Of a stretch of DNA of 64,000 nt, positions 13,463 through 26,021 are shown piece by piece (the first letter of the stretch is position 1; every line of letters begins with the position of its first letter). The stretch covers positions 14,318 through 78,317 of the forward strand of contig CAZYVT010000012.1 of the NCBI GenBank assembly GCA_964651335.1, read 5' to 3'. This DNA comes from an uncultured Enterobacteriaceae bacterium. GTDB lineage: Bacteria; Pseudomonadota; Gammaproteobacteria; Burkholderiales; SG8-39. The position numbers were made by a program, and so were the translations under genes. The notes beneath the pieces were generated by a model, which was given only the letters and a program-made list of their open reading frames with translations, ran no database searches and was not told the DNA's origin.

Positions 13463-14422
13463 GTGAGAATCGCGCTGATCACTCCCGCGGGCGCTGGTTC
13501 GCGGGCCGGAAACCGCCACACCGCGATGCGGTGGGCCTCCTTTTTGCGCGCCGCCGGGCACCGCGTTGCGGTGGCGACCGGGTGGCGGCCGGACCCGCAC
13601 ACCGAATTCATGCTCGCGCTGCACGCAAGGCGCAGTCATGCTTCGATCCTGGCGTTCCGCGAGGTGCACCCGGACCGGCCGCTGCTGCTCGCACTGACCG
13701 GCACCGACTTGTATCGCGACATCCGCACTTCCGACGACGCGCGCGATTCGCTGCGCCGGGCAGACGGGTTCATCGTCCTGCAGCCAAAGGCGATCGAGGA
13801 GCTGCCGCCTTCGCAGCGAGGCCGCGCGCACATCGTCATCCAGTCCTGTTCGAGCCTGCTGCGGCACCTGCCCGTGACGCGGCGCTTCCGCGTCTGCGTG
13901 ATCGGTCACCTTCGCGAGGAAAAGGATCCGCTGTGCGCGCTCCGTGCGCTGGACCTTGTCCCGCGGGATGTCCGGATCGAACTGATCCAGCTCGGCGAAG
14001 CGCTCGATGCGCGTTTCGCCGACGCAGCGCGTGACGCCATGAAGCGCGAGCCGCGCTATCGATGGCTGGGCGGCGCGCCTCACGCGCAGGCATTGCGCTG
14101 GCTCGCCTCGAGCCACGCGATGATCATCAGCTCGCGCATGGAGGGAGGTGCAAATGTCGTGTCCGAGGCGATCCGTATCGGCGTGCCGGTGATCGCATCG
14201 CGTATCCCCGGCAATCTGGGATTGCTGGGCGCTGGCTATCCGGCGTATTTCGCAGCCGAAAACGTCCGGGCGCTGGCCACCCTGGTGCGGCGCACGGCCT
14301 CGGACCCGGTGTTCTACCGGCTATTGAAGCGGCACGTGGCGAAGCTCCGTCCCATGGTCGCTCCCGAGAACGAGCGACGCATGCTCCTTGCTGCAGTCAC
14401 GGCCGCGCAAGAAGCTTCCTGA
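13463..14422 (+). CDS. senB: Selenosugar synthase SenB (GT-B glycosyltransferase)
   Basis: ITPA...[49 protein letters not shown]. Confidence 0.88.
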   Translation: MRIALITPAGAGSRAGNRHTAMRWASFLRAAGHRVAVATGWRPDPHTEFMLALHARRSHASILAFREVHPDRPLLLALTGTDLYRDIRTSDDARDSLRRADGFIVLQPKAIEELPPSQRGRAHIVIQSCSSLLRHLPVTRRFRVCVIGHLREEKDPLCALRALDLVPRDVRIELIQLGEALDARFADAARDAMKREPRYRWLGGAPHAQALRWLASSHAMIISSRMEGGANVVSEAIRIGVPVIASRIPGNLGLLGAGYPAYFAAENVRALATLVRRTASDPVFYRLLKRHVAKLRPMVAPENERRMLLAAVTAAQEAS

Positions 14423-14975
14423 CCGGCGCATACGAGCGCCGGTGAATCTCGCACGCACCGAAGCGTTGCAGCAGCTGCAGATGCTCGCGCGTCGGATAGC
14501 CCTTGTGCCGGTCGAGCCGGTACTGCGGAAAACGCAGGTGCAGCCGGCGCATCTCCGCGTCACGCGCGGTCTTGGCGAGGATCGATGCCGCCGAAATGGC
14601 GGGATGCAGGCGGTCGCCGCCGACGATGGATCGCACGGGGCAGGCAAGGCTCGGGCAATGAGCGCCGTCGATGAGCGTTTCCTCGGGCACGAAACCCAGG
14701 CCTTCGACCGCGCGCTGCATCGCGAGCAGCGTCGCCCGGAGGATGTTGAGCCGGTCGATTTCCTCGACCGAGGCCCAGGCCACGTGCCAGGCGAGCGCGC
14801 GCGCGCGAATCGTTTCTCCGAGCCGTTCGCGCGGCGCTTGCGCAATCAGTTTCGAGTCCTTCAGCCCGTCGATCGGAGAGTCCGGATCGAGCACCACCGC
14901 GGCGGCGCAGACCGGCCCGGCGATCGGCCCGCGTCCCGCCTCGTCCACGCCGCAGACCCCGGGTCTATACGCCAT
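14397..14975 (-). CDS. rnhB: Ribonuclease HII
   Basis: [32 protein letters not shown]. Confidence 0.97.
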   Translation of the reverse strand: MAYRPGVCGVDEAGRGPIAGPVCAAAVVLDPDSPIDGLKDSKLIAQAPRERLGETIRARALAWHVAWASVEEIDRLNILRATLLAMQRAVEGLGFVPEETLIDGAHCPSLACPVRSIVGGDRLHPAISAASILAKTARDAEMRRLHLRFPQYRLDRHKGYPTREHLQLLQRFGACEIHRRSYAPVRKLLARP

Positions 14976-16119
14976 CGAGCACGCGCAGCACGGCCTGTGC
15001 GGCGCGCTCGGCCGTGTTCTGCCGCAGCGTGGCGTGAATTTCGCGAAACTTCTGAATTTGCCGTTGCTGGAGCGCAGTGTCGCGCAGGAGACCGAGCAGT
15101 GCGGCAGCGAGCGCCGCGGGCGTCGCCTTGCCTTGGACGTATTCGGGCACCAGCAACTCGCCGGCGAGGATGTTGGGCATGCCGATGTAAGGCAGATAGG
15201 CCATGTGGCGCATCAACATCCAGGAGATATGCGACTGGCGGTACGCGATCACCATCGGCGTCTTGAGCAGAGCCGACTCGAGTGTGGCGGTGCCACTTGC
15301 CACCAGTGCGAGGTCCGCCGAGGCGAGCGCTTCGTGTGAATGGCCGAACAAGAGCGTAAGCGGGAGGTCGGTACGCCGGTGCGCCCGCAGGGCCGCCTCG
15401 AACATGTCCCGCGTCTCGCGCGTTGCGGCGGGACAGACGAAATGCGTCTCCGCGATTTCCTGCCGAAAGCGATGCGCGGCGAGCAAGAAGGTCTCCGCCA
15501 TGTAGTGCAACTCCGAGCGGCGACTGCCGGGAAGCAATGCGACGATCAGTTTGCCGGTCGGCAGCCGCAACTGCGCACGCGCTTCGGCCTTGTCGACCTC
15601 CATCGGGATCACGTCCGCGAGCGGATGCCCCACGTAAGTGACGGGCACGCCTAATCGCTCGTAAAGCGGCGGTTCGAAGGGAAACATGGCGAGCAAATGC
15701 GTTACCGAGCGCGCGACCCGGTGGACGCGCCGGCGCCGCCAGGCCCATACCGACGGGCTGACATAGTGCACCACGGGAATTCCCGCATCCTTGAGCGTCC
15801 GCTCCAGGCCGAGATTGAACTCGGATGCATCCACGCCGATGAAAAGCGCCGGACGCTCGGCGAGAAAACGCTTCGCCAGCTGGTTGCGAATGCGCACGAT
15901 CTTGCGGTAATGCCGCAACACCTCGGCGAAGCCGCGCACCGCGAGCTTCTCCATCGGATAGTGCGCATGAAAACCCTGCGCGAGCATTTTCGGCCCGCCG
16001 ACTCCTTCGAACCGCAATTCGGGCCGGCGTTGCCTGAGCGCCGCGATGAGGTGTGCCGCCAGCTGATCGCCCGAGGCTTCGCCAGCCACCATGCCGACGC
16101 GCTGGTTCGCCTTGGACAC
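14965..16119 (-). CDS. lpxB: Lipid-A-disaccharide synthase
   Basis: [35 protein letters not shown]. Confidence 0.97.
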   Translation of the reverse strand: MSKANQRVGMVAGEASGDQLAAHLIAALRQRRPELRFEGVGGPKMLAQGFHAHYPMEKLAVRGFAEVLRHYRKIVRIRNQLAKRFLAERPALFIGVDASEFNLGLERTLKDAGIPVVHYVSPSVWAWRRRRVHRVARSVTHLLAMFPFEPPLYERLGVPVTYVGHPLADVIPMEVDKAEARAQLRLPTGKLIVALLPGSRRSELHYMAETFLLAAHRFRQEIAETHFVCPAATRETRDMFEAALRAHRRTDLPLTLLFGHSHEALASADLALVASGTATLESALLKTPMVIAYRQSHISWMLMRHMAYLPYIGMPNILAGELLVPEYVQGKATPAALAAALLGLLRDTALQQRQIQKFREIHATLRQNTAERAAQAVLRVLDGV

Positions 16120-16123
16120 CGAC

Positions 16124-16894
16124 TTATCTGATGATGCCGCGCGTCGTTCGCGCCACGAATTCGAGCAGCACGCCCACTTCCGGGCAGGCCACGGCCTGGA
16201 CTGTGAGCCGCTGCAGTGCCTCCTCGAGCCCGAGGCTGGACCGGTATAGCGTTCGATAGGCGCGCTTCAATTCGACAATCGTCGCATCGGAGAACCCGCG
16301 CCGCCGCAGCCCTTTCGTGTTGAGGCCGTAGGGCTTGGCCATATCGCCCGCGGCCATCACGTAGGGCGGCAGGTCGCGATCGAGAGCCGTACCCATCCTG
16401 GTAAAGCTGTGTGCGCCGACCCGAACGAATTGGTGCACCAGCGTATTGCCGCCGAAAATCACCCAGTCGTCAACGTGTACATGCCCCGCCAGCTGGCTCA
16501 GGTTGGCGAAGATCGCATGGCTGCCGATCTGGCAGTCGTGCGCGAAATGCACGTACGCCATGATCCAGTTGTCGTCTCCGACCCGGGTCGTACCGGCGTC
16601 GAGCGCAGTCCCGCGATTGATCGTCACGTATTCGCGAATCGTGTTCCCGTTGCCGATTTCCACCGCCGTCTCCTCGCCGGCATACTTCTTGTCCTGAGGC
16701 GGCGCCCCGATGGACACAAACTGGAAAATACGGTTGTTACGCCCGATGCTCGTGCGCCCCTCGACCACGACATGGGGCCCGATCCAGGTCCCGTCCCCGA
16801 CCGTTACGCCATCGCCAATGATCGAATAGGGGCCGACCGAAACGCCCGCCGCGAGTCGCGCTCCCGGCTGCACGATCGCGGTCGGGTGGATCAT
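16124..16894 (-). CDS. lpxA: UDP-N-acetylglucosamine O-acyltransferase
   Basis: MIHPTAIV, hexapeptide repeats, PQDKKY, HFAHDC, RGIIR. Confidence 0.97.
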   Translation of the reverse strand: MIHPTAIVQPGARLAAGVSVGPYSIIGDGVTVGDGTWIGPHVVVEGRTSIGRNNRIFQFVSIGAPPQDKKYAGEETAVEIGNGNTIREYVTINRGTALDAGTTRVGDDNWIMAYVHFAHDCQIGSHAIFANLSQLAGHVHVDDWVIFGGNTLVHQFVRVGAHSFTRMGTALDRDLPPYVMAAGDMAKPYGLNTKGLRRRGFSDATIVELKRAYRTLYRSSLGLEEALQRLTVQAVACPEVGVLLEFVARTTRGIIR

Positions 16895-17349
16895 GGGCCG
16901 CTGCCAGGTGCCGGGCGCATGGTGCACAGGATCTCGGCCTCGGTCGCCACAGCGCCGTCCACGCGCGCGGTGCAGCCGAACTTCCACACCCCGCGCTTGC
17001 TGCCGAGGATGAGCACCTCGATTACGAGCTGGTCGCCGGGCTTGACCGGGCGCTTGAAGCGCGCATGGTCGATGCCGGCGTAGTAGTACACCGTCTTGTC
17101 GTCCGGCTTCAGGCCCAGGGTGCGGAACACCAGGATGGCCGCAGCCTGCGCCATCGCCTCGAGGATCAGCACGCCGGGCATGATCGGAAGGCCCGGAAAG
17201 TGACCGGCAAAGCATGGCTCGTTCACCGAAACATTCTTCAGCGCCACGATCCGCTTGCCCGGCTCCAACTCGAGGACCCGATCCACCATCAGCATCGGGT
17301 AACGGTGCGGCAGGTGCCCGAGCACCTGATAGACATCCATTTCAGCCAT
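16891..17349 (-). CDS. fabZ: 3-hydroxyacyl-ACP dehydratase
   Basis: [18 protein letters not shown]...[12 protein letters not shown]. Confidence 0.97.
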   Translation of the reverse strand: MAEMDVYQVLGHLPHRYPMLMVDRVLELEPGKRIVALKNVSVNEPCFAGHFPGLPIMPGVLILEAMAQAAAILVFRTLGLKPDDKTVYYYAGIDHARFKRPVKPGDQLVIEVLILGSKRGVWKFGCTARVDGAVATEAEILCTMRPAPGSGP

Positions 17350-18376
17350 GCCCGGTGTCCCTTTCCTGGAGGCGTTTTTCGAGCGCGCGCACGCGCTCGG
17401 CGAGCTCCGCAAGGTGCCGCACGTACGCAGTGTTGCGGGCCCAGGCCGCATGCTCGGCAGATGGAAACATGCCGGTATAGGTTCCCGGTTTGCGGATCGA
17501 GTGCGAGATCACCGTCGCGGCAGAGACAGTGACCCGGTCGCAGATGGACAGATGACCCAGGATGATTGCGGCGGCGCCGATCCGGCAGTGCGCGCCGATG
17601 TCGGTACTGCCTGCGACCCCGACAAATCCGGCCATGGCGGTGTGGGCACCGACCCGGCAGTTGTGTCCGATCTGGATCTGGTTGTCGAGCTTGACGCCAT
17701 CTTCGATCACGGTGTCGTCGATCGCACCGCGGTCGATCGTCGTGTTGGCGCCGACGTCCACATCATCGCCGATCACCACGCGGCCGATCTGCGGAATCCT
17801 GACCCAGCGTTCGTCCTCGTATGCGATGCCAAAGCCGTCTGCTCCGATGACGACACCGGAATGAACAATCGCACGCGCGCCGAGCCGGCAATCCGCGTAG
17901 ACGACCACCGAGGGATGAAGCCGGGAGTCCTCGCCGATCGTCACCCTCGGACCGACGTAGCATCCTGCCCCGATCCAGGTTCGCTCGCCGATCGCGGCGC
18001 CCTCATCCACGACGGCACCGGCGTCGATGCGCGCGCTGGCCGCGACCTGCGCGCCCGTTGCAACCCTCGCCGCAGGATCCACACCCGGCACCACTGGCGC
18101 GGCGGCATTGAACAGTCCCGAGACGCGACCGAAATACGCGTAGGGATTGTCACACACGATCCTCGGCTTCGCAGTCAGCCCTTCGGCATCGGGCGCGACG
18201 ATCACTGCAGCGGCGCGCGTCGCCGCCAGCCGACCGCGGTAGCTCGGGTTGGCGAAAAACGCGATCTGATCTTCGCCCGCGCGTTCGAGGGTGCCGACCT
18301 GGCGGATCAGTACGTGCGGGTCGCCCGCGATGCGGCCGCCGAAGCGCGAGGCGATTTCGGCGAGCGTGAACGCCAT
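17342..18376 (-). CDS. lpxD: UDP-3-O-acylglucosamine N-acyltransferase
   Basis: Hexapeptide repeats, [26 protein letters not shown]. Confidence 0.97.
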   Translation of the reverse strand: MAFTLAEIASRFGGRIAGDPHVLIRQVGTLERAGEDQIAFFANPSYRGRLAATRAAAVIVAPDAEGLTAKPRIVCDNPYAYFGRVSGLFNAAAPVVPGVDPAARVATGAQVAASARIDAGAVVDEGAAIGERTWIGAGCYVGPRVTIGEDSRLHPSVVVYADCRLGARAIVHSGVVIGADGFGIAYEDERWVRIPQIGRVVIGDDVDVGANTTIDRGAIDDTVIEDGVKLDNQIQIGHNCRVGAHTAMAGFVGVAGSTDIGAHCRIGAAAIILGHLSICDRVTVSAATVISHSIRKPGTYTGMFPSAEHAAWARNTAYVRHLAELAERVRALEKRLQERDTGHG

Positions 18377-18377
18377 G

Positions 18378-18893
18378 TCATCGCGCGGGAGGCTTGCCTT
18401 CCAGCGCCTTGATCACCTTCTCCGTGAGATCGATGCGCGGATTCGCGTAGACCGCGTCCTGAAAGATGATGTCGTATTTCTCCTGCTCCGCGATCTGCCG
18501 AATCGCGCGATTCGCCTGCTCGAGGACCTGCGCCAGCTCCTCGTTCCGGCGCTGGTTGAGGTCTTCCTGGAACTCGCGCCGCCGGCGCTGAAAATCGCGG
18601 TCGAGCTCCGTCAGTTCACGTTCCTTGGTGCGGCGCTGGTTTTCGGTCATGGTCACCGCGTTCTTTTCCAGTTCCTCCTGCAACCGCTTGAGTTGATCGG
18701 CAATGCGCGAAACCTCCTGGTCGCGCTTGGTGAACTCGCCCTCGATTTTCTTTTGCGCGCGCTGAGCGGGGGCCGACTCGCGCATGATGCGCTCGGTGTT
18801 GACGAAGCCGAGCTTGCCTTCCCCCATCGCCGGCGCCGCCGGCACTGCCAGGACGGCCGCGGCTGCGATCGCGCGGACAATTTTCAGTCGCAT
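18378..18893 (-). CDS. skp: OmpH/Skp periplasmic chaperone
   Basis: Signal peptide, KLGFVN, coiled coil, IDLTEKVIKAL; position after bamA. Confidence 0.93.
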   Translation of the reverse strand: MRLKIVRAIAAAAVLAVPAAPAMGEGKLGFVNTERIMRESAPAQRAQKKIEGEFTKRDQEVSRIADQLKRLQEELEKNAVTMTENQRRTKERELTELDRDFQRRRREFQEDLNQRRNEELAQVLEQANRAIRQIAEQEKYDIIFQDAVYANPRIDLTEKVIKALEGKPPAR

Positions 18894-18910
18894 AAGTCGG
18901 ATCTTCACTG

Positions 18911-21184
18911 TCAGAACGCGGTGCCAAAAGTGAATTGTAACCTCTGCACCCGGTCAATCCCCTTCCTTTCATTGAACGGTTGCGCCAACGAAAGCTTGAG
19001 CGGGCCGAACGGCGAGGTCCAGGAAAGCCCGATGCCGGCCGCATAACGCATCTCCGAGATCGACCATTTCTCGGCTGCACCGAACACCTGCCCCGCATCG
19101 ATGAACGCTGCGAGGCGCAGCGACTTGTCCTGGGTCGCGCCCGGGACCGGGAACTGCACTTCCGCGCTGCCGACCATCTTGCGGGTTCCACCGAGCGAAT
19201 TCCCGTCCGCGTCGCGCGGGCCGAGTGAAAACGGCCGGTAACCGCGAACCGATCCCGGTCCGCCCACGTAGTAGTTCTTGAAAAACGGAACCGACTTGTT
19301 GCCCAGGCCGTGCGTAAAACCGACTTCGCCATTGAGGGCGAGCGTGAAGACCCGGGTCAACGGGCGGAACCACTGGTACTGGACATTGAGGCGGTAGTAC
19401 TGCAGGTCACCGCCGGCGAGCTCCACCGAAGTCCTTGCCAGCGTGCCTTTGGTCGTCTGGATCGCACTGTCGCGCGTATCCTGCCCCAGGCCAACCGTGG
19501 CGGCGCCGTAGGCATATCGGCTGCCGAACTGGTTCACGAAATTGAGGTAGCTCAGCGGGCTATTGGTGAAGGTCTGCAGATCAACGCTCTCCGCGTTGAC
19601 TCCGAAGCTGATGCTGTCGGTCTCGGAAATCGGATAACCGAACCGGATGCCCCCGCCCAGAGTCTTCGTGACGTAGGCCCCCACCGAGAGGGACGAAGCA
19701 TCCGTGTCGCGCTTGTAGACGTCGAACCCCTGGCTCACGCCGTCCACGGTGTAGTACGGATTGAGATACGAAAGCGCGTAGACCTGATTGACCTTGCCGC
19801 TGTTGACATTGACCGAAATCGACTTGCCGCTGCCGAACACGTTTTGCTGGGAAACCGAACCGGAAACGACCAGCTTGTCCACGGACGAAAACCCGGCTCC
19901 CAGAAGCAGCGCCCCGGTCGGCTTTTCCTCGACTGTGAAGTTGACGTCGACCTGGTCCGGGCTGGCGGCGACCGGAGCGGTCTCCACGCTGACGTCCTTG
20001 AAGTACTGTGTGCGGTCGATCCGTTGCTTCGAGACCTGGATCCTGGAGGTGTCGTAAAAAGCGCCCTCCAACTGCCGCATCTCGCGCCGGACAACCTCGT
20101 CCCGGGTCCTCGTGTTACCGCCGATGTTGATGCGCCGTACATAGACGCGACGCCCGGGGTCGACCACGATCGTGAACGCGACCGTGCGCTTCTCCTTGTC
20201 GAGCCTGGGCACCGGATTGGCGTTGGCGAATGCATACCCCTCATTCCCCAGACGGTCGTTGATCGCCTTCACGCTCTCGATGAGCTTCTCGCGAGAATAC
20301 ACGTCTCCCGGATTCACCTTGATCAGCCTCTCGAGCTGCTCCTTCGGCACCAGTGTCTGTCCGGTGAGCAGAATCTCCGAGACCGTGTACTTCTCCCCTT
20401 CGGTGACATTGACCGTGATGTAGATGTCGAGTTTGTCGGGCGTGATCGATACCTGGGTCGAGTCGATGTTGAAGTCGAGATAGCCCTGGTTGAGGTAATG
20501 CGAGCGCAGCGCCTCGAGGTCCGCCGAAAGCTTCTGCCGCGAGTACTGGTCATGCTTCGTGTACCACGTCAGCCAGCCCGGCGTGCGCAGCGTAAACAGT
20601 TCGAGCAGCTCCTTCTCGCCGATTGCCTGGGCGCCGACGATGTTGATCGAGCGGATCTTCGCCACGTCGCCCTCGACCACCGTGAAATTGATGCCCACGC
20701 GGTTGCGTTCCAGCGGCGTCACCGTGGTCTGCACTTCCGCGGCGTACCGGCCGCGGGAAAGGTACTGCCGCTTCAGTTCCTGCTCGGCATTGTCGAGGAC
20801 GGAACGATCGAAGACCCGCCCTTCGGCGATCCCCATCTCGCGCAAGACCTTGCGCAGCGTGTCGCCATCGAATTCCTTGACCCCGGAGAAATCGACCTGC
20901 GCAATGGCCGGACGTTCTTCGACCAGTACGACCAGCACGTCGTTTTGCACCTCGAGTCGCACATCCTTGAAAAAGCCGGTCGCGAACAGCGCCCGCAGCG
21001 CCTGCTGCGCCTTTTCCTCGGTCATGGTTTCGCCGACCTTGACCGGCAGGTAGCTGAACACGGTTCCGGGTTCCGTGCGCTGCAGGCCCTCGACACGGAT
21101 GTCGCGAACCACAAACGGCTTGAAAGTCTGTGCCCAGGCGCCCGCGGCGGCAATCAGGCAGAACACGAACGCAAGCAGGCGCAT
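18911..21184 (-). CDS. bamA: Outer membrane protein assembly factor BamA
   Basis: POTRA repeats (DIRVEGLQR, GNTRTRDEVVRRE), VRGY loop, C-terminal QFTFGTAF. Confidence 0.98.
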   Translation of the reverse strand: MRLLAFVFCLIAAAGAWAQTFKPFVVRDIRVEGLQRTEPGTVFSYLPVKVGETMTEEKAQQALRALFATGFFKDVRLEVQNDVLVVLVEERPAIAQVDFSGVKEFDGDTLRKVLREMGIAEGRVFDRSVLDNAEQELKRQYLSRGRYAAEVQTTVTPLERNRVGINFTVVEGDVAKIRSINIVGAQAIGEKELLELFTLRTPGWLTWYTKHDQYSRQKLSADLEALRSHYLNQGYLDFNIDSTQVSITPDKLDIYITVNVTEGEKYTVSEILLTGQTLVPKEQLERLIKVNPGDVYSREKLIESVKAINDRLGNEGYAFANANPVPRLDKEKRTVAFTIVVDPGRRVYVRRINIGGNTRTRDEVVRREMRQLEGAFYDTSRIQVSKQRIDRTQYFKDVSVETAPVAASPDQVDVNFTVEEKPTGALLLGAGFSSVDKLVVSGSVSQQNVFGSGKSISVNVNSGKVNQVYALSYLNPYYTVDGVSQGFDVYKRDTDASSLSVGAYVTKTLGGGIRFGYPISETDSISFGVNAESVDLQTFTNSPLSYLNFVNQFGSRYAYGAATVGLGQDTRDSAIQTTKGTLARTSVELAGGDLQYYRLNVQYQWFRPLTRVFTLALNGEVGFTHGLGNKSVPFFKNYYVGGPGSVRGYRPFSLGPRDADGNSLGGTRKMVGSAEVQFPVPGATQDKSLRLAAFIDAGQVFGAAEKWSISEMRYAAGIGLSWTSPFGPLKLSLAQPFNERKGIDRVQRLQFTFGTAF

Positions 21185-21187
21185 TGA

Positions 21188-22552
21188 TCAGCCGGAGAAC
21201 AGACGGTTCAGGTCGTTGTAAAAGGCGAAGGCCATCATGAACAGCAGCAGCGCGAGGCCCACGCGCTGTCCCAGCTCCATCGCTCGCTCGGACACGGGGC
21301 TGCCTCTTATTATTTCCACCGCATAATACATCAAGTGCCCGCCGTCGAGCAGCGGAATCGGGAGCAGATTGAGCACCGCAAGACTGACGCTGATCAAAGC
21401 GAGGAAGGTTGCATAGGAGAGCCACCCCATCTGCGCCGATTGACCCGCGTAATCGGCAATCGTGACGGGTCCCGACAGGTGTTTCCAGGAGACCTCGCCA
21501 AGCAACATCTTGCCGAGCATCTTGAGGCTGAACAGCGCGATGTCGGCCGTTTTCTCGCAAGACTTGGCGATCGCCTCCAGCGGACCGTACCGTACCCGCA
21601 CCAGGATCCGTTCGGCGTGCGCCTGCGGAACCAGAGGCGCTGCGCCGATCCTGCCGATCTGCAGCCCGTTCGCCGTCGCCGCCTCCGGAACCACTTCCAG
21701 CGTGAGCCGTTCGCCGCCGCGGTCGATCACGACGTGCAGCGGCGTGCCGGGCCGCTCCCGGATCACGCGTACCAAGTCATCCCAGTTCGCGACTGTCCGG
21801 CCGCCCATCTGCCGGACGCGATCCCCCGCCCGCAGCCCCGCGCGCTCGGCCGGACTGCCCGGGACGATCGTGCCAAACACCGGTTCCAGCGGCGGGCGGT
21901 AGAGGCGAAGACCGATCCGCTCGAGCGCGTCGCCTTCGAAATCCGCTGCGGGAAATGCAGTGAGATCGAGCTTCAGCTGCGCGATTGCCTGCCGCTCGCT
22001 GATCACTTCGAGGGCGAGCGACTCGCGCTGCAGCGCGCCCTGGAGTACGCGCCAGCGCAGTTCCTGCCAGGTCTCGACGGGCTGGCCGCCGATCGAACGC
22101 ACGGTGTCGCCGGCGCGCAGGCCGGCAGTGTGCGCGAGTGTGCCCGCGGGTGGCTCGGCGAGCACGGGGCGGGCTTCCGGCAAGCCGTACAGGAAGAGCC
22201 CCGCATACACCGCGATCGCGAAGAGGAAATTGAAAGCCGGTCCCGATGCAACGATGAAAACACGCCGCCAAACGCCTTGTCGGTTGAACGCCCGCGCACG
22301 TTCATGAGCCTCGACCGGGCCTTCACGCTCATCGAGCATCTTCACATATCCACCGAACGGCACCACCGCGATGGTCCACTCCGTTGCATCGGGGCTCCGC
22401 CGCCAGCTGAGGATCGGACGACCGAAACCGACCGAAAAGCGCAGGATCCTGACGTTGCAGAGCCGGGCAGCGAGGTAGTGACCGTATTCGTGGACCACGA
22501 TCAACACGCAGAGCGCCGCCACGAACGCCGCGATCGTCTGCAGCAGGCTCAT
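21188..22552 (-). CDS. rseP: RIP metalloprotease RseP
   Basis: HEYGH, PDZ domains, [12 protein letters not shown]. Confidence 0.97.
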   Translation of the reverse strand: MSLLQTIAAFVAALCVLIVVHEYGHYLAARLCNVRILRFSVGFGRPILSWRRSPDATEWTIAVVPFGGYVKMLDEREGPVEAHERARAFNRQGVWRRVFIVASGPAFNFLFAIAVYAGLFLYGLPEARPVLAEPPAGTLAHTAGLRAGDTVRSIGGQPVETWQELRWRVLQGALQRESLALEVISERQAIAQLKLDLTAFPAADFEGDALERIGLRLYRPPLEPVFGTIVPGSPAERAGLRAGDRVRQMGGRTVANWDDLVRVIRERPGTPLHVVIDRGGERLTLEVVPEAATANGLQIGRIGAAPLVPQAHAERILVRVRYGPLEAIAKSCEKTADIALFSLKMLGKMLLGEVSWKHLSGPVTIADYAGQSAQMGWLSYATFLALISVSLAVLNLLPIPLLDGGHLMYYAVEIIRGSPVSERAMELGQRVGLALLLFMMAFAFYNDLNRLFSG

Positions 22553-23763
22553 GCCGCCCGGCCCATGAGATCAGTGACGCACGCGGCGGCGGCGCGGCGC
22601 GCGCGCCGATCCGCATCCAGCACCGCCTCAAGCGTGTCGCTGGAACCTCCGAGGACCCCTTGCATGGTCTCCTCGATGACGCGAGGGATCGCCGTAAAGC
22701 GCAGCTTTCCGCCGAGAAACGATTCGACCGCGATCTCGTTCACCGCATTCAGAATCGCAGGAACGGTGCCGCCAGCACGGAGTGCGGCGTAGGCGAAGCG
22801 CAGACACGGGAAACGCCGAAGATCGGGATGCTGGAACGCCAGCTGACCGACCGACCCCAGGTCCAGCGGACGCACCCCGGATTCGATGCGCTCGGGAAAC
22901 CCCAGTGCGTGGGCAATCGGCACCCGCATGTCGGGGTTGGATAATTGTGCGATGACCGATCCGTCCACGTATTCGACCAGCGAATGAACGATGCTCTGAG
23001 GATGAATCAGCACCTCGATGCGCTCGGCCGGCAAATCGAACAACCAGTGCGCCTCGATGACCTCGAGCCCCTTGTTCATCATGGTGGCAGAGTCGACCGA
23101 GATCTTGCGACCCATCACCCAGTTCGGATGCGCACACGCCTGGTCGGGCGTAACCAGGTCGAGTTGCTCGATCGGGGTGGTGCGGAAAGGCCCTCCCGAC
23201 GCGGTGAGAATCACGCGCCTGATTGCGGTAAGCGGCGGAACACCAGTTCCAGGCTGCGGCAAGCACTGGAATACGGCATTGTGTTCGCTGTCAATCGGCA
23301 GCAGCAACGCTCCGGACTTGCGCACCGCTGCCATGAACAGCGCCCCTGCCATCACCAGGGCCTCCTTGTTGGCGAGCAACACGCGCTTGCCTGCTCTCGC
23401 CGCGGCGATGGCCGGCCCCAGTCCGATCGCACCCACAATGGCCGCCAGCACGGTGTCGCAGTCCGGATGCGTGGCGATGTCCTCCAGCGCCCTCGCGCCG
23501 AACCGCAACTCGCATCCAGCGTCGTCGGCAAAGCGGCGGCGCAATGCCGTATCCTCGTCGAGCCCGGACAGGACCGCATGCCGCGGCCGGTGTCGCCGGC
23601 ACAGTTCGAGCAGCGCGTCCGCCGAGGTGCGCGCACTGAGTGCAATCACGCGGTAACGATCGGGGTGCCTGGCGACGACGTCCAGGGTGCTCGTGCCGAT
23701 CGAACCCGTCGCCCCGAGCAGCGTAATCCCGCAGGCGCGTGACGCGGGACGGGTCTGGCTCAT
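22549..23763 (-). CDS. dxr: 1-deoxy-D-xylulose-5-phosphate reductoisomerase
   Basis: [42 protein letters not shown]. Confidence 0.97.
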   Translation of the reverse strand: MSQTRPASRACGITLLGATGSIGTSTLDVVARHPDRYRVIALSARTSADALLELCRRHRPRHAVLSGLDEDTALRRRFADDAGCELRFGARALEDIATHPDCDTVLAAIVGAIGLGPAIAAARAGKRVLLANKEALVMAGALFMAAVRKSGALLLPIDSEHNAVFQCLPQPGTGVPPLTAIRRVILTASGGPFRTTPIEQLDLVTPDQACAHPNWVMGRKISVDSATMMNKGLEVIEAHWLFDLPAERIEVLIHPQSIVHSLVEYVDGSVIAQLSNPDMRVPIAHALGFPERIESGVRPLDLGSVGQLAFQHPDLRRFPCLRFAYAALRAGGTVPAILNAVNEIAVESFLGGKLRFTAIPRVIEETMQGVLGGSSDTLEAVLDADRRARRAAAACVTDLMGRAA

Positions 23764-24578
23764 CTCGCGCCCAATGTTGCGATCAACAGCGCCCCAACGG
23801 GAAGCGCAGCAGTGGCGCTGTCGATGCGGTCCAGCACTCCACCGTGCCCCGGAAGCAGGGTGCCGCTGTCCTTGACGCCCGCTTGGCGCTTGACCGCAGA
23901 CTCGAACAGGTCGCCCAGGATGCCCGAGGCGCATAGAACCGCGGCCCCGACGACATAAGGGATCCAAATCATGCCTGTTACATGTGCGCCAACGCCCGGC
24001 ATCGATAGCGCGAGGATGATAGCGTATGCAAGGCTCGCGAGAATCGCTCCAGCTACGCCCTCCCAGGTCTTTCCAGGGCTGACCGCCGGTGCCAGCTTAC
24101 GTCGGCCGAAGGCCCGTCCCGCGAGGTAGGCCGCCGTATCCGAAGTCCAGACCAGCCCGAGAATGGCAAGCAGACGCCCCGGGTCCAGCGTAATCATCGC
24201 CAGCCCAGCCGGCAACAGCACCGCGAGTCCCGCGGGCGGCAGCATCCTACGCGAGGAAACTGACATTCCGCGTGCGAGCCACACAGGCACTGCCGCTCCC
24301 CAGAACACCAGCGCGCCGATCAGGACCGCGAGCACCGGCAGGTCCAAAATGCCAACCGGCCACGACCACCAGCTCACGGCCGCATACAGCGCGATGCACC
24401 CGGCGGAGTACGAAACCGCGCCCCATGTGCTCAGCCCGGCGAGTGCGCCCCATTCCCGCGCCGCGTACGCAACGATCGCGCCAACCAGAACCGCAAACGG
24501 CGCGCGATCCAGGAACAGCAGCGTTGCGACAAAAACCGCGAGCAGTGCCGCCGCGGTCAGGGTGCGAATTGCAAACAA
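23760..24578 (-). CDS. cdsA: Phosphatidate cytidylyltransferase (TTG start inferred)
   Basis: [36 protein letters not shown]. Confidence 0.93.
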   Translation of the reverse strand: MFAIRTLTAAALLAVFVATLLFLDRAPFAVLVGAIVAYAAREWGALAGLSTWGAVSYSAGCIALYAAVSWWSWPVGILDLPVLAVLIGALVFWGAAVPVWLARGMSVSSRRMLPPAGLAVLLPAGLAMITLDPGRLLAILGLVWTSDTAAYLAGRAFGRRKLAPAVSPGKTWEGVAGAILASLAYAIILALSMPGVGAHVTGMIWIPYVVGAAVLCASGILGDLFESAVKRQAGVKDSGTLLPGHGGVLDRIDSATAALPVGALLIATLGAR

Positions 24579-24582
24579 GCGC

Positions 24583-25386
24583 CTAGGCGCCGCCGGCAGC
24601 TGAAAGCGATCGCGCCAGCGCCGTGCGCTCCGCCTGCTCCAGCTGCTCACTGGTACGGCCGAACCGCCGTTCCCGACCGCGGTACCACGCGAACGCCTGA
24701 TCGAGTGCTTCGGCATCGAAGTCCGGCCAAAGCCGGTCGGTAAAGTACAGTTCCGTGTAGGCCAGTTGCCAGAGCAGGAAGTTGCTCACGCGCTGCTCGC
24801 CGGCGGTCCGAATGAAGAGGTCCGGCTCCGGCGCATAGGCCATCGAGAGGTGCGGCGCAATCTGCTCCTCGCTGACACCGGCCAGGACCGCCGCCGGGTG
24901 TTCGCGGGCCAGACGCGTCAGCGCCTGGAGGATGTCCCAGCGGCCGCCGTAGTTTGCGGCGATGGTGAGTGTAAGTCCGCCATTGGCCTCGGTCAGGCGC
25001 TCGCCGGCATCGATCAGCGACCGGATTTTCGGATCGAAGCGGCTGGTGTCGCCGATCACCTTCAGGCGGATGGCATTGCGATTCAGCTTTCGCACCTCGC
25101 GAGTGAGCGCGGCGAGGAAAAGCTGCATGAGGAGCGCGACTTCCTCCGGCGGACGGCGCCAGTTCTCCGAACTGAACGCGAACAGGGTAAGGTAGCCCAC
25201 TCCGCGCTCGGTGCATGCCCGAACGATCCGCCGCACCGCCTCCACGCCGCGCTTGTGCCCTGCGAAACGCGGCAGCCGCCGCCGTTTCGCCCAGCGACCA
25301 TTGCCGTCCAGGATGATCGCCACATGGCGCGGAACGTCGCCGTGAGGCAGGACCTGAAGCGTCGAACTTTCGTGCTGCGCGGACAT
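24583..25386 (-). CDS. uppS: Undecaprenyl diphosphate synthase
   Basis: [35 protein letters not shown]. Confidence 0.97.
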   Translation of the reverse strand: MSAQHESSTLQVLPHGDVPRHVAIILDGNGRWAKRRRLPRFAGHKRGVEAVRRIVRACTERGVGYLTLFAFSSENWRRPPEEVALLMQLFLAALTREVRKLNRNAIRLKVIGDTSRFDPKIRSLIDAGERLTEANGGLTLTIAANYGGRWDILQALTRLAREHPAAVLAGVSEEQIAPHLSMAYAPEPDLFIRTAGEQRVSNFLLWQLAYTELYFTDRLWPDFDAEALDQAFAWYRGRERRFGRTSEQLEQAERTALARSLSAAGGA

Positions 25387-25450
25387 GCTTTATCCAGAAG
25401 TTTCGCCCTGCAGCACAGGTTCCTCTGCCCCGCAGCGCATCGTTGTACTT

Positions 25451-26011
25451 CTATACCGCCATCAACTCCGCTTCCTTCTGCTGCAGAAGCGTGTCGATCG
25501 CCGTGATGTGCTGGTCGGTGAGCGTTTGGACCTCGTCCTGTGCCCGCCGCTCGTCGTTCTCGGAGACGTCTTTCCTTTTCAGGGCTTCCTTCAGATAATG
25601 ATTGGCGTCGCGCCTCAGGTTGCGGATCGCGATGCGCGCGTTCTCCGCTTCGTGGCGCACCACCTTGGTGAGCTCCTTGCGGCGCTCCTCGGTCAGCAGC
25701 GGCATCGGCACGCGAATGGTTTCGCCCGTCGCGGCCGGATTCAGGCCAAGATCCGAAGCGCGAATCGCCTTCTCCACCGGCTGCAGCATCTTCTTCTCGA
25801 ACGGCACCACGCCGATGGTACGCGCATCGAGCAGCGTGACCTTCGCGACCTGATTGATCGGGGTCGGAGTGCCGTAGTAGTCCACCGTGACATGGTCCAG
25901 CAGGCCCGTGTGCGCGCGCCCGGTGCGGATCTTCGCGAGATCCGTCTTGAACGCCTCGATGGTCTTGTTCATCTTGAGGTCGGTGGTCTTCTTGAGCTCC
26001 GCGATCTGCAT
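25451..26011 (-). CDS. frr: Ribosome recycling factor
   Basis: [28 protein letters not shown]. Confidence 0.97.
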   Translation of the reverse strand: MQIAELKKTTDLKMNKTIEAFKTDLAKIRTGRAHTGLLDHVTVDYYGTPTPINQVAKVTLLDARTIGVVPFEKKMLQPVEKAIRASDLGLNPAATGETIRVPMPLLTEERRKELTKVVRHEAENARIAIRNLRRDANHYLKEALKRKDVSENDERRAQDEVQTLTDQHITAIDTLLQQKEAELMAV

Positions 26012-26021
26012 GGCTTTTCCC

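Noticed and set aside
12204-14422. In-frame UGA/SECIS (selenoprotein) signal in the sen genes
   Set aside because: Both ORFs are uninterrupted, and their terminal TGAs overlap neighbouring genes at the expected protein lengths
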